DNA of 64,000 nucleotides from NCBI GenBank assembly GCA_036389485.1, contig DASVPR010000037.1, forward strand, positions 22,972-86,971, given 5' to 3'. The position numbers and the translations under genes are program-made. The notes below the pieces were generated by a model, which was not told the origin of the DNA, made no database searches, and saw only the letters and a program-made list of their open reading frames with translations. Of this stretch, positions 1-9,101 are shown piece after piece (position 1 is the stretch's first letter; each line of letters opens with the position of its first letter). This DNA is from Solirubrobacteraceae bacterium (lineage in GTDB: Bacteria > Actinomycetota > Thermoleophilia > Solirubrobacterales > Solirubrobacteraceae).

Positions 1-1416
1 CGGGTCGACGCGATCTTCGACAATGCGGGCTTCCTCATCCCGGGGCAGGACGTGAAGATCGCCGGCGCGCGCGTCGGGTCGGTGAAGGAGGTCTCGCTGA
101 CGCCGGACCGGCGGGCGCGGATCGCGATGGAGATCGATTCGCGGTTCGCGCCGTTCCGCTCGGACGCGGACTGCACGATCCAGCCGCAGTCGCTCATCGG
201 CGAGAAGTACGTCCAGTGCACGCCGGGGACGCCGCGCGGGAAGCCGCTCCGCGACGAGGGCGACGCCACCCCGACGCTCCCGGTCGAGCGGACGCACGCG
301 CCGATCGACGTCGACCTCGTGCTCGCGGCGCTGCGCCGGCCGGCGCCGGAGCGGCTCTCGATCCTCGTCGCGGAGCTGGGCGGCGGCGTCGCCGGCCGCG
401 CGGAGGACCTGTCCGCGACGATCCGCCGCGCGAACCCCGCGCTGCGGGAGACCGCGCGCGTCCTGAGGATCCTCGACGGCGACCGCGAGCAGCTGAGCGC
501 GCTGGCGGGCGAGGCGGAGCGGATCGTGTCGGTGCTGGCGCGGGAGCGGGACTGGGTGAAGCGCGCGATCGACCGCGGCGCGCGCGTGACGACGACGCTC
601 GCGCGGCGGCGCGGCGAGCTGGGCGAGACGCTCGAGCGGTTGCCGCGCGTGCTCGGCGAGGCCCGGCCGGCGCTCGAGCGGCTGCGCTCGTTCGTGACCG
701 ACGCCTCGCCGGTGCTCGACCACCTGCGCGCGGCCGCGCCGTCCTTGTCGTCGCTCGCGCACCGGGCCGGGCCGCTCGCCGACGCGGCGGCACCGGCGCT
801 CGAGCGGATCGGGCGCGCCGCCCGCACCGGCGGGCCCATCCTCCGGCGGGCGCGGCCCGCGGTCGCGGCGCTGCGCGAGTTCGCGCACGAGGCGCGGCCG
901 ACCGGCATCCTCGTCGCGCAGCTGTTCGACAGCCTGCGCGAGCAGCGGGCCGTCGAGGGCCTGCAGGACTTCGTCTACTACGCCGCGCAGGCGACCGCGC
1001 GGTTCGACAAGTACTCGCACATCATCCCGGCGCACCTGATCGGGAGCGAGTGCTCGCAGTGGGCGCGCACGACGGTGCCGGACTGCAACGCGAACTTCGT
1101 GGGCGGGGGCGCGCGGGCGGAGCGCAGGCGCGGCGGCCGGCGCGAGCGCGCGCGGCCGGCGAAGCGACGCGGCGGGCGTCGGGAACGCCGCGACTCGGCG
1201 CCCGCCGGCGCTCCGCCCGAGGCGGCCGCGCCGGGGCCCCCGCGACAGCCCTCCACACCGAGCCTCACGAAGGTGCCGCGGCTGCCGCTCCCCCACACGC
1301 CCCCGCTTCCCGAAGCGGTCGGGCCCGAGGCCGAGGAGCTGCTCGACTTCCTGCTCGGGGCCGGCGAGGCGCCCGGCGGAGGGATCGCGGGCGCGGTGGG
1401 AGGCGGCCGGCGATGA
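1..1416 (+). CDS. Mce/MlaD-domain protein (5' partial, runs off the window start)
   Basis: The frame is open from nt 1 (RVDAIFDNAGFLIPGQDVKIAGARVGSVKEV...). It has an MlaD-type N-domain (CTIQPQSLIGEKYVQCTPG), a long helical middle and an Arg/Pro-rich tail. Its stop overlaps the next start (ATGA at 1413-1416). Confidence 0.85.
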   Translation, partial: RVDAIFDNAGFLIPGQDVKIAGARVGSVKEVSLTPDRRARIAMEIDSRFAPFRSDADCTIQPQSLIGEKYVQCTPGTPRGKPLRDEGDATPTLPVERTHAPIDVDLVLAALRRPAPERLSILVAELGGGVAGRAEDLSATIRRANPALRETARVLRILDGDREQLSALAGEAERIVSVLARERDWVKRAIDRGARVTTTLARRRGELGETLERLPRVLGEARPALERLRSFVTDASPVLDHLRAAAPSLSSLAHRAGPLADAAAPALERIGRAARTGGPILRRARPAVAALREFAHEARPTGILVAQLFDSLREQRAVEGLQDFVYYAAQATARFDKYSHIIPAHLIGSECSQWARTTVPDCNANFVGGGARAERRRGGRRERARPAKRRGGRRERRDSAPAGAPPEAAAPGPPRQPSTPSLTKVPRLPLPHTPPLPEAVGPEAEELLDFLLGAGEAPGGGIAGAVGGGRR

Positions 1417-2759
1417 GGCTTCGCGGCGGCGGCGCCCCGAACCCGGTCCTCACCGGCGCGGCGACGGTCCTGATCGTCATGCTCGCGGTGTTCCTGGCGT
1501 ACAACGCCAACACCGGGCTGCCAGGCGTGCCCGCGTACAAGATCACGGTCGAGGTGCCGGACGCGGCGCGGCTGACCGCCGGGAACGAGGTTCGCGTCCG
1601 CGGGCGGCGGGCCGGGCAGGTCACCGAGATCGAGCCGCGGGTGACCGCGGACGGGAAGGCGTACGCGCGGCTGCACGTCCGCCTCGAACGGACCGTGGAC
1701 CCGCTCCCCGTCGACACGGTCGCGCGCGTGCGGCCGCGGTCGATGCTCGGGCTGAAGTACCTCGAGCTGACGCCGGGCCGGTCGGAGCGCACGGTCCCCG
1801 ACGCGGGCACGCTCCCGCTCCGCCAGGCGCGCGAGCGCGTGGAGCTCGACCAGGTCCTGCAGGCGTTCGACAGCGAGACGCGGCGCGACCTCCGCGGTAC
1901 GGTCGAGGAGCTGTCGGACGGCGTCGCGGGCCGCGGCGGCGACCTCAACGCGGCGATCGGCGAGCTGCGGCCGCTGACCCGCCGGGCCCTCCCCGTGATG
2001 CGCGACCTCGCCGACCCGCGGACCGACCTCGACGGGGCGATCCGCGGCGTCGAGAGCGCGACGGCGGCCGTCGCTCCGGTGTCCGAGCCGGTCGCGGGGC
2101 TGCTGCGCGGGCTGGCGGTCACGCTCGACGCGGTCGCCGCCGAGGACGAGCACCTCGACGAGACCCTGACGGAGCTGCCGCCCACGCTCGCGACCGCCGA
2201 GCGCGCGCTGGGCACCGCCTCCCCCGTCCTCGACGACGCCGCCGCGCTCATGCGCGACGTCCGGCCCGCCGCGCGTCTGCTCCCGCGGGCGAGCGGCGGG
2301 CTGGCCGACCTCGCCCGCCGCGGCACGCCCGTCCTCGAGCGTGCGATCGACCTCGGCCCCGACCTCGAGGACACGCTGCGCGCCGTCGGCCGCCTGGTCG
2401 CCGAGCCGAGCACGCTGGGATCGGTCCGCAGGCTCACGCAGGTCGTCGCCTCGCTCGGCCCGACGCTGCGCGCGGTCAACCCGTTCCAGGTCGACTGCAA
2501 CTACCTCGGCCTGTGGACCCGCAACGCCAGCTCGACGATCAGCGAGGGCGACGCCCACGGCACGTGGTTCCGCTTCATCCCGATCTACCAGCCGAGCGAG
2601 ATCATGCAGTCGGCCCAGCCCGCGCCGGAGCTCCACGTCACGCCGTACGGCCGCGTCGACGGCGAGTGCGAGGTCGGCAACGAGCCGTTCCTGCCGGGCC
2701 GGCGGATCGGGAACCCCGAGGGCGTCCAGCCCGCCGAGACGGAGGACACCGGGCGATGA
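1413..2759 (+). CDS. Mce/MlaD-domain protein
   Basis: ATG at 1413 within the 216..2759 ORF. It has an N-terminal TM (VLTGAATVLIVMLAVFLAY) followed by an MlaD domain (YKITVEVPDAARLTAGNEVRVRGRRAGQVTEIE...RPRSMLGLKYLELTPG). ATGA overlaps occur at both ends. Confidence 0.85.
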   Translation: MRLRGGGAPNPVLTGAATVLIVMLAVFLAYNANTGLPGVPAYKITVEVPDAARLTAGNEVRVRGRRAGQVTEIEPRVTADGKAYARLHVRLERTVDPLPVDTVARVRPRSMLGLKYLELTPGRSERTVPDAGTLPLRQARERVELDQVLQAFDSETRRDLRGTVEELSDGVAGRGGDLNAAIGELRPLTRRALPVMRDLADPRTDLDGAIRGVESATAAVAPVSEPVAGLLRGLAVTLDAVAAEDEHLDETLTELPPTLATAERALGTASPVLDDAAALMRDVRPAARLLPRASGGLADLARRGTPVLERAIDLGPDLEDTLRAVGRLVAEPSTLGSVRRLTQVVASLGPTLRAVNPFQVDCNYLGLWTRNASSTISEGDAHGTWFRFIPIYQPSEIMQSAQPAPELHVTPYGRVDGECEVGNEPFLPGRRIGNPEGVQPAETEDTGR

Positions 2760-4312
2760 GCCGGCGGCGGCGCGACCTGGCGGCCCGGCGGCGCAGCCAC
2801 CTGCGCTGGGGCATCGTGACGTCGCTGCTCGTCGCGGTCGCGACGTACGCGGCGTTCGTCGGGCTGCCGCGGACCGGCGGCTACGAGGTTCGCGCGGTGA
2901 TGCAGTCTGCGAACGAGCTGCGGCCGGACGCGGTCGTGCGGATCGCGGGGGTCGACGCGGGGAAGGTCGTCAAGGTCGAGCGCGGGCCGGGGACGACCGC
3001 GCTCGTCACGATGGCGCTGAAGGACGAGGCGCGGCCGATCCACACCGACGCGACGCTGAAGGTCCGCCCGCGGCTGTTCCTCGAGGGCAACTTCTTCGTC
3101 GACCTGCGGCCGGGCAGCCCGTCGGCGCCGGAGCTCGAGGAGGGCGGGACGATCCCGCTGGCGCAGACGTCGACGCCGGTGCAGCTCGACCAGGTCCTCA
3201 GCGCGCTGCAGAGCGACGAGCGCGAGCAGCTCCAGAGCCTCGTGCGCGAGCTGGGGACCTCGATGCGGCGCGGCGGCGCGCGGGCGTTCGGCCGGGCGAT
3301 CGACCCGGCGGGCCCGGCGCTGCGCGACAGCGCGACCGTCGCCTCCGCGCTGCGCGGCACCCACGACCGCGACCTGTCGGCGGCGATCGCCGAGACCGGG
3401 AAGGTCACCGCCGCGCTCGACGCGCACCGGCAGGAGCTGGCGGCGCTGGTCGCGGCGTTCGACGCCACGGCCGCGGCGGCCGCCTCCCGGTCGGACGAGC
3501 TGCGCGCGAGCGTGCGCGGGCTCGCCGCGACGCTCCGGGTCGCGCTGCCCGCGGTGCGCGAGGTCCGCGCGTCACTGCCCGCGGTGTACGCGTTCGCGCG
3601 CGACGTCCGCCCGCTGCTGCGGCGGATGCCGCGCACGCTCGACCTCGCGCGGCCGCTGCTCTCCGAGCTGCGCGGGCTGCTGAGCGCGCGCGAGGCGCCG
3701 GCGCTCATCCGCGCGCTGCGCCCGCCGCTGCGGACGCTGGCCGCGATCGCGCCCGAGGTGACGGGCCTGCTGTCGCAGGTGACGCCGGTGACCGACTGCG
3801 TCCGCGACCGCGCGCTCCCGGCGCTGAGCACGCCGGTGGACGACGGCGCGCACTCGACCGGCCAGCCGCCGTGGCTCGAGCTGCTGCACGGGATGGTGGG
3901 GCTGGCCAGCGCGTCCCAGAACTTCGACGGCAACGGCCCCGCGGTCCGCTACATGGCGGGCTTCGGCGAGCAGCTCGTGTCGACGGGCAAGCTGCCGGGG
4001 ACCGGTCAGCTGCTCGGGCTCACGCCGGTGCCGGTCGAGGGCGCGCGGCCGGCGCCGCCGCCGGCGAAGCCGCCCTTCCGGCCCGACGCCACCTGCCGCG
4101 ATCAGGACCCGGTGAACCTCGAAGCCGCGTTGGTCGGGCCGCCGGAGGCGAGGCGAGCGCCGCGGTTGGGGGCGGAGGATCGCGCGGTGGTCGCCGCGGC
4201 GGTCCGGCGGAGCCGCGGCGGCGGAGCGGCGGCGCCCCGCGGCGCGGCCGCCCGGCGGAGCCGCGCCGGGGCCGCCCCTCGCGGCCGCTCCGCGACGGAG
4301 GCGCGCCCGTGA
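2756..4312 (+). CDS. Mce/MlaD-domain protein
   Basis: ATG at 2756. It has a TM helix followed by an MlaD domain (YEVRAVMQSANELRPDAVVRIAGVDAGKVVKVE...VRPRLFLEGNFFVDLRPG). The C-terminal tail is Arg/Ala-rich. Confidence 0.85.
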   Translation: MSRRRRDLAARRRSHLRWGIVTSLLVAVATYAAFVGLPRTGGYEVRAVMQSANELRPDAVVRIAGVDAGKVVKVERGPGTTALVTMALKDEARPIHTDATLKVRPRLFLEGNFFVDLRPGSPSAPELEEGGTIPLAQTSTPVQLDQVLSALQSDEREQLQSLVRELGTSMRRGGARAFGRAIDPAGPALRDSATVASALRGTHDRDLSAAIAETGKVTAALDAHRQELAALVAAFDATAAAAASRSDELRASVRGLAATLRVALPAVREVRASLPAVYAFARDVRPLLRRMPRTLDLARPLLSELRGLLSAREAPALIRALRPPLRTLAAIAPEVTGLLSQVTPVTDCVRDRALPALSTPVDDGAHSTGQPPWLELLHGMVGLASASQNFDGNGPAVRYMAGFGEQLVSTGKLPGTGQLLGLTPVPVEGARPAPPPAKPPFRPDATCRDQDPVNLEAALVGPPEARRAPRLGAEDRAVVAAAVRRSRGGGAAAPRGAAARRSRAGAAPRGRSATEARP

Positions 4313-5589
4313 CCAAGCAGCTCCGCGCGCACGGCTGGCAGCTCCTCGCGGTCCTCGCCCTGATGGCGATCGGCGTCGCGGTGGGCGCCTACGTGCTCGC
4401 CCACCAGCGCCTGCGGTTCCCGTGGGAGGACACGTACCGGATCTCCGCCGAGCTCTCGACGGCGCAGGCGATCACGCCGGGGCAGGGGCAGGTCGTCGCG
4501 GTGGCGGGCGTCACGGTCGGCGAGGTCGCGAGCGTCCGCCTGCGCGACGGGCGCGCGATCGTCGAGATGGAGATCGACCGCGACCGCCTCGACGCCGTCT
4601 ACGCCGACGCGCGCGTCCTCGTCCGCCCCAAGACCGGCCTGCAGGACATGGCGCTCCAGCTCGACCCGGGCAGCCGCGACAAGCGGCGGCTCGAGGAGGG
4701 CGAGGTCATCGCGCTCGCGGCGACGCGGCCCAACGTCAACCTCGACGAGGTCCTCGCCGGCCTGGACGCCGACGCGCGGGCCTACCTGCGGGTCCTAGTC
4801 TCCGCCGGCGGCCGCGGCACGAACGACCGCGGCGAGGACCTCCGCGCGGTCTTCAAGGCAAGCGCGCCGACCGTCGAGCGCACACGGCGCGTCGCCGCCG
4901 CGCTCGCCGCGCGCGACCGCGCGCTGCGGCGGCTGATCCACGGCCTCCGCGTCCTCGCCGGCGCCGCGGCCGAGAAGGACCAGGAGCTCGGGCAGCTGGT
5001 CGACGCCGCCAGCGCCACTCTGCAGACCGTCGCCCGGCACGACGACGAGCTGCGGACGTCGCTCGACCGCCTCCCGCCGACGCTCGAGACGCTCCGCGGC
5101 ACGCTGAGCGCCGCGCGGCCGTTCGCCCGCCGCCTGAAGCCGACGCTCGAGGCGCTGACGCCCGCCGCGCGCGACCTCGCCGAGGCGCTCCCCCGCGTCG
5201 ACCCGCTGCTCGAGGACGCCCGCCCGGCCGTCCGCCGCATCCGCGGCCTGATCCCCGCCGCGCTGCCGGTCGCCCGCGACCTCGAGCCCGCGCTGAACGA
5301 CCTCGCCGCCGTCACGCCGCACCTGCGCCGCGCGTTCGGCGTCCTCACCTACGTGGTCAACGAGCTCGGCCACAACCCGGACGGGCCCGAGGAGGGCTAC
5401 CTCTTCTGGACCACGTGGTTCGCGCACAACGCCGCGTCGATCCTCTCGATCGACGACGCGCACGGCGTCGCGTGGCGCGGCGCTCTGCTGCTGTCGTGCT
5501 CGTCCTACGGCGGGCTGCAGCAGGCGGCGCCGCTGCTGGCCGCCGTCGTGGCCACGCCGCTCTGCCCGGAGGAGCCGGCGAAGCCGTGA
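4309..5589 (+). CDS. Mce/MlaD-domain protein
   Basis: GTG at 4309 overlaps the upstream TGA (GTGA). It has a TM helix followed by an MlaD domain (YRISAELSTAQAITPGQGQVVAVAGVTVGEVASVRL...VRPKTGLQDMALQLDPG). Confidence 0.85.
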   Translation: MTKQLRAHGWQLLAVLALMAIGVAVGAYVLAHQRLRFPWEDTYRISAELSTAQAITPGQGQVVAVAGVTVGEVASVRLRDGRAIVEMEIDRDRLDAVYADARVLVRPKTGLQDMALQLDPGSRDKRRLEEGEVIALAATRPNVNLDEVLAGLDADARAYLRVLVSAGGRGTNDRGEDLRAVFKASAPTVERTRRVAAALAARDRALRRLIHGLRVLAGAAAEKDQELGQLVDAASATLQTVARHDDELRTSLDRLPPTLETLRGTLSAARPFARRLKPTLEALTPAARDLAEALPRVDPLLEDARPAVRRIRGLIPAALPVARDLEPALNDLAAVTPHLRRAFGVLTYVVNELGHNPDGPEEGYLFWTTWFAHNAASILSIDDAHGVAWRGALLLSCSSYGGLQQAAPLLAAVVATPLCPEEPAKP

Positions 5590-7004
5590 ACACCCGCGCC
5601 CCCTCCGCCGCCCGCCTCGTCGTCATCGTCGGCTTCGCGCTGAGCTGCTTCGGCCTGCTGCTGTACCTGTGGCTGACGTTCGGCGGGCCGATCCCGCTCA
5701 AGCCCGAGCGCTACCGCGTGAACGTGCAGTTCGCGGAGGCCACACAGCTCGCCGAGCAGGCCGATGTCCGCATCAGCGGCGTGCCGGTCGGCAAGGTCGT
5801 GAAGGTCGGCGAGGCGCCGGACGGCGGGATCCGCGCGACGATCGAGCTGCGCGAGCGCTACGCGCCGCTCTCCCGCGACGCCCGCGCGACCCTGCGGCAG
5901 AAGACGCTGCTCGGGGAGACGTTCGTCGAGCTGACGCCCGGCCGGCGCGGCGGGCCCGCGCTCCCCGAGGGCGGGACGCTGCCGGTCGGCAACGTGCGGC
6001 CGACGGTGGAGCTGGACGAGGTCCTGCGGGCGCTCGACGAGCCGACGCGCCGCGACCTCAAGGCGATGCTGCGCGGCGTCGCCTCGGGGCTGCGGGAGCG
6101 CGGCGAGGCGGTCTCCGGCGCGCTCGGCGAGCTGCCGCCGGCGACGGCGGCAGCGAACGACCTCCTGGCGGTCGTCGCCGCGGAGCGCGCGGCGCTGCGC
6201 AGCCTGATCCATGACTCCGGTCGGGCGTTCGGCGCGATCGGCCGGCGGCGGGCGGAGACGCGGGCGCTCGTCCGCTCCGGCGACGCGCTGCTGGCGACGA
6301 CGGCCGCGCGCGACGAGGACATCGCCCGCGCGCTGCGCATCCTCCCCACCTTCCTGCGCGAGCTGCGGCTCACGCTCGACGTCGCGGAGCGCACGGCGGT
6401 CGATGCCGCGCCCGTGGTTCGGTCTTTGCGCGCCGCCGCGCCGCTCGCGGCGCCGGTCCTGCGTGACGCGGTCGCCCTCCTCCCCGGCCTGCGCGGCCTG
6501 CTGCGCGACCTCGACCCGGCGCTGGCGGCCGCCCGCCCCGCGCTGCCCGGCCTGACCCGCACCGTCGACGACGCCCGCCCGCTGGTCCGCGCGCTGCACG
6601 TCGCGGCGCGGGACCTCGTCCCGGTCGTCGAGTACCTCGGCGCCTACCGGTCCGAGATCGTCACGCCGTTCATGAACGTAGCCGCGGCGACGCAGGACAC
6701 CTTCCGCCCGCCGGGCGCGAGCGAGGCGCTGCACTACCTGCGCGTCCTCATCCCGATCACCAACGAGGGACGCGTCGACCAGCCGCGCCGGCTCCCGTCC
6801 AACCGGCACAACGCATACATGAAGCCGCGCGCGCTCGACCGGCTCGCCGAGGGGCTGGAGTCGTTCGACTGCCGCCACCTCTCCAACCCGCAGACGGCGC
6901 CGGTGGCGGGCAGCGCGCCGCGCGGGTGCACGCCGATGCAGCCGTGGTCGCTGGGCGGGCGCCCCCCGCGGGCGTTCCAGCACCTGGAGCGCAGCCCGCC
7001 CTAG
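5586..7004 (+). CDS. Mce/MlaD-domain protein (last of the array)
   Basis: GTG at 5586 overlaps the upstream TGA. It has a TM helix followed by an MlaD domain (YRVNVQFAEATQLAEQADVRISGVPVGKVVKV...LRQKTLLGETFVELTPG). Confidence 0.85.
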   Translation: MNTRAPSAARLVVIVGFALSCFGLLLYLWLTFGGPIPLKPERYRVNVQFAEATQLAEQADVRISGVPVGKVVKVGEAPDGGIRATIELRERYAPLSRDARATLRQKTLLGETFVELTPGRRGGPALPEGGTLPVGNVRPTVELDEVLRALDEPTRRDLKAMLRGVASGLRERGEAVSGALGELPPATAAANDLLAVVAAERAALRSLIHDSGRAFGAIGRRRAETRALVRSGDALLATTAARDEDIARALRILPTFLRELRLTLDVAERTAVDAAPVVRSLRAAAPLAAPVLRDAVALLPGLRGLLRDLDPALAAARPALPGLTRTVDDARPLVRALHVAARDLVPVVEYLGAYRSEIVTPFMNVAAATQDTFRPPGASEALHYLRVLIPITNEGRVDQPRRLPSNRHNAYMKPRALDRLAEGLESFDCRHLSNPQTAPVAGSAPRGCTPMQPWSLGGRPPRAFQHLERSPP

Positions 7005-7014
7005 CCTCTCCCCC

Positions 7015-7926
7015 TTGGCGACCCTTCCCGACATCCTCGTGCTCGCCGCCGGCGGCGTCCTCGGCGAGGCGTGGATGAGCGGGGTCCTCGCGGGGATGGA
7101 GGACGCCTCCGGCCTGGACTTCCGCGGCGTCGAGACGTTCGTGGGGACGTCGGCGGGGTCGATCGTCTGCGCGCACCTCGCGGGCGGCGGCCGGCCGCGG
7201 CGGCCGCGGGGCGCGGAGGCGGGCGGCGACCCGGGCTTCGTCGAGGACGTGCCGGAGCGCTCCGCCGCGGGCGGGTTCGTGCGCAACGCCGCGCGGCTCG
7301 CGGCGACGCCGATCGCGACGCCGGCGCTCACGCTCGGCGCCGCCGGCGGCGCGCTCGTGCGGCGCGCGGCGCTCGCGGCGGTCCCCGACGGGACGCGCGA
7401 CCTCGGCCACCTGCGCCGCGAGATCGCGCGCTCGGGCGTGCGCTTCGACGGACGGCTGCGGGTCTGCGCGGTGGACCGCGGGAGCGGGCGGCGAGTCGTC
7501 TTCGGCGCGCCGGGGGCGCCGCCCGCCGACGTCGCCGACGCGGTCGCGGCGTCGTGCTCGATCCCGGGCGTCTTCCGTCCCGTCCGCATCGGCGGGCGGG
7601 CGTACGTCGACGGCGGCGCGTGGTCGCTGACGAACCTCGACGCCGCGCCCGCGGGCCGCGGCACCGAGGTGCTCTGCCTCCACCCGTCGGGCAGCCTCGG
7701 GGCGGCGACGAGCTCGGTGTGGGGCGCGGTGCGCGCGGCGGCCGCCCTGGCGGCGGAGGTCGAGGCGCTCGCGCTGCGCGGCCGCGGCGCGCGCGTGCGC
7801 ATCGTCGGGCCGGACCGCAACGCCGCGGCGATCATGGGCACGAACCTCATGGACCCCCGGCCGGCCGGGCGCGCCCACGCCGCGGGGTACCGCCAGGGCC
7901 GGGAGGCGTTTCCGCCGGATCCGTAG
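7015..7926 (+). CDS. patatin-like phospholipase
   Basis: It has a Gly-rich oxyanion loop (LAAGGVLGEAW), a GxSxG nucleophile (GTSAG) and a catalytic Asp motif (YVDGGAWS). The start is TTG, 10 nt after the last mce stop. Confidence 0.8.
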   Translation: MATLPDILVLAAGGVLGEAWMSGVLAGMEDASGLDFRGVETFVGTSAGSIVCAHLAGGGRPRRPRGAEAGGDPGFVEDVPERSAAGGFVRNAARLAATPIATPALTLGAAGGALVRRAALAAVPDGTRDLGHLRREIARSGVRFDGRLRVCAVDRGSGRRVVFGAPGAPPADVADAVAASCSIPGVFRPVRIGGRAYVDGGAWSLTNLDAAPAGRGTEVLCLHPSGSLGAATSSVWGAVRAAAALAAEVEALALRGRGARVRIVGPDRNAAAIMGTNLMDPRPAGRAHAAGYRQGREAFPPDP

Positions 7927-7941
7927 TGATGATGAGGAGCG

Positions 7942-8346
7942 ATGCACCGCCTCGGCCCCGTCCTCCTCGCGCTCGCGCTGATCGCCGGCGGCTGCGGGAC
8001 GGCCGACGATCGGGACCAGGTCGACGCGACCGTCGAGCGGTTCTACGACGCGGTCCGTCAGGACGACGGCGAGGCCGCGTGCGCGGAGCTGGGCGAGTCG
8101 CTGCTCGAGCAGGTCGAGTCGCAGACCGAGCAGTCCTGCCGCGGCGTCGTCACGCGGCTCGAGTACGAGGGCGGCGAGATCGTCGCGACCGAGGTGTACG
8201 TCACGAACGCGAAGGTCGACCTGCGCAGCGGCGAGAGCGCCTTCCTGTCCCGCGAGCGGGACGGCTGGAAGCTGTCGGCGATCGGCTGCAAGGCCGAGAA
8301 GGGCAAGCCGGCCGACCGGCCGTTCGAATGCGAGGTGGAGTCCTAG
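7942..8346 (+). CDS. small lipoprotein, unknown function
   Basis: It has a signal peptide with a lipobox (LALALIAGGCGT). GC3 is high. Confidence 0.7.
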   Translation: MHRLGPVLLALALIAGGCGTADDRDQVDATVERFYDAVRQDDGEAACAELGESLLEQVESQTEQSCRGVVTRLEYEGGEIVATEVYVTNAKVDLRSGESAFLSRERDGWKLSAIGCKAEKGKPADRPFECEVES

Positions 8347-8430
8347 ATGCGCGTGCTCTTCGTGTTCACCCTGACGATGGCGTGGGTGGCGATCCTCTAC
8401 GCGGTCGTCCTGGGGGCGATCGGCCAGTGA
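8347..8430 (+). CDS. 27-aa hydrophobic micro-protein (MRVLFVFTLTMAWVAILYAVVLGAIGQ)
   Basis: The ATG abuts the lipoprotein TAG and the TGA overlaps the next GTG (GTGA). All 27 codons end in G or C. It forms a single TM helix. It is too short for the supplied ORF track. Confidence 0.55.
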   Translation: MRVLFVFTLTMAWVAILYAVVLGAIGQ

Positions 8431-9101
8431 GGCGCTTCCTCCGCGAGAACTCGCTGACGCTCACGTTCCTCGCGCTGTTCCTGGCGTCGCTGGTGGCGCA
8501 GGCGTTCGTCGGGCACTCCGACTTCAACCACGACCAGGTCGCCCATCAGGACGAGACGATGTCGCTCGGCCGGTACATCACCTCCGCGGTCTACTGGGTC
8601 GACGTCATGGAGAACTGGCAGTCCGAGTACCTCCAGTTCACGCTGTTCATCCTCTTGACCGTCTGGCTCCTGCAGAAGGGCTCGCCGGAGTCGAAGGAGC
8701 TCGACCAGGCGGGCCGCGAGACCGACGAGGAGCAGCTCGTCGGGCAGTACGCCAAGCCGGAGTCGCCGAAGTGGGCGAAGGTCGACGGGCTGCGGCGCAC
8801 GCTCTACGAGAACTCGCTGCTGATCGTCATGGGCTCGTTGTGGGTCGGCACGTGGATCGCGCAGCTCGTGACGGGACGGGCCGAGTACGTCGCCGAGCAG
8901 TTCGACCACCACGAGGCGGCGCTGTCGCTGTGGCAGTACGCGGGGTCGTCGGACTTCTGGAACCGAACGCTGCAGAACTGGCAGTCCGAGTTCCTCGCGG
9001 TGGCGTCGATGGCGATCTTCGCCGTGTGGCTTCGCCAGCGCGGGTCGCCGGAGTCGAAGCCCGTGGGCGCGCCGCACGACGCGACCGGCGTCGAGGGCTA
9101 G
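8427..9101 (+). CDS. integral membrane protein, DUF6766-like, built from two 84-aa repeats
   Basis: GTG at 8427 within the 7071..9101 ORF. The module ENSL...NWQSE(Y/F)L...VWL.Q.GSPESK occurs twice, at 8445-8696 and 8808-9059. The family name is recalled from motif resemblance only. Confidence 0.7.
   Translation: MRRFLRENSLTLTFLALFLASLVAQAFVGHSDFNHDQVAHQDETMSLGRYITSAVYWVDVMENWQSEYLQFTLFILLTVWLLQKGSPESKELDQAGRETDEEQLVGQYAKPESPKWAKVDGLRRTLYENSLLIVMGSLWVGTWIAQLVTGRAEYVAEQFDHHEAALSLWQYAGSSDFWNRTLQNWQSEFLAVASMAIFAVWLRQRGSPESKPVGAPHDATGVEG

Noticed and set aside
216-1412. The N-terminal 400 aa of the 847-aa ORF 216..2759.
   Set aside because: This part is an Arg/Ala-rich off-frame read-through overlapping the first Mce gene. 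Only the portion from ATG 1413 (TM helix plus MlaD domain) looks genuine.
9098-9101. Convergent genes share overlapping stop codons within CTAG, at this site and again at 26347-26350.
   Set aside because: This is real in the sequence but is a trivial consequence of compact convergent genes ending in TAG/CTA. I infer no functional signal from it.
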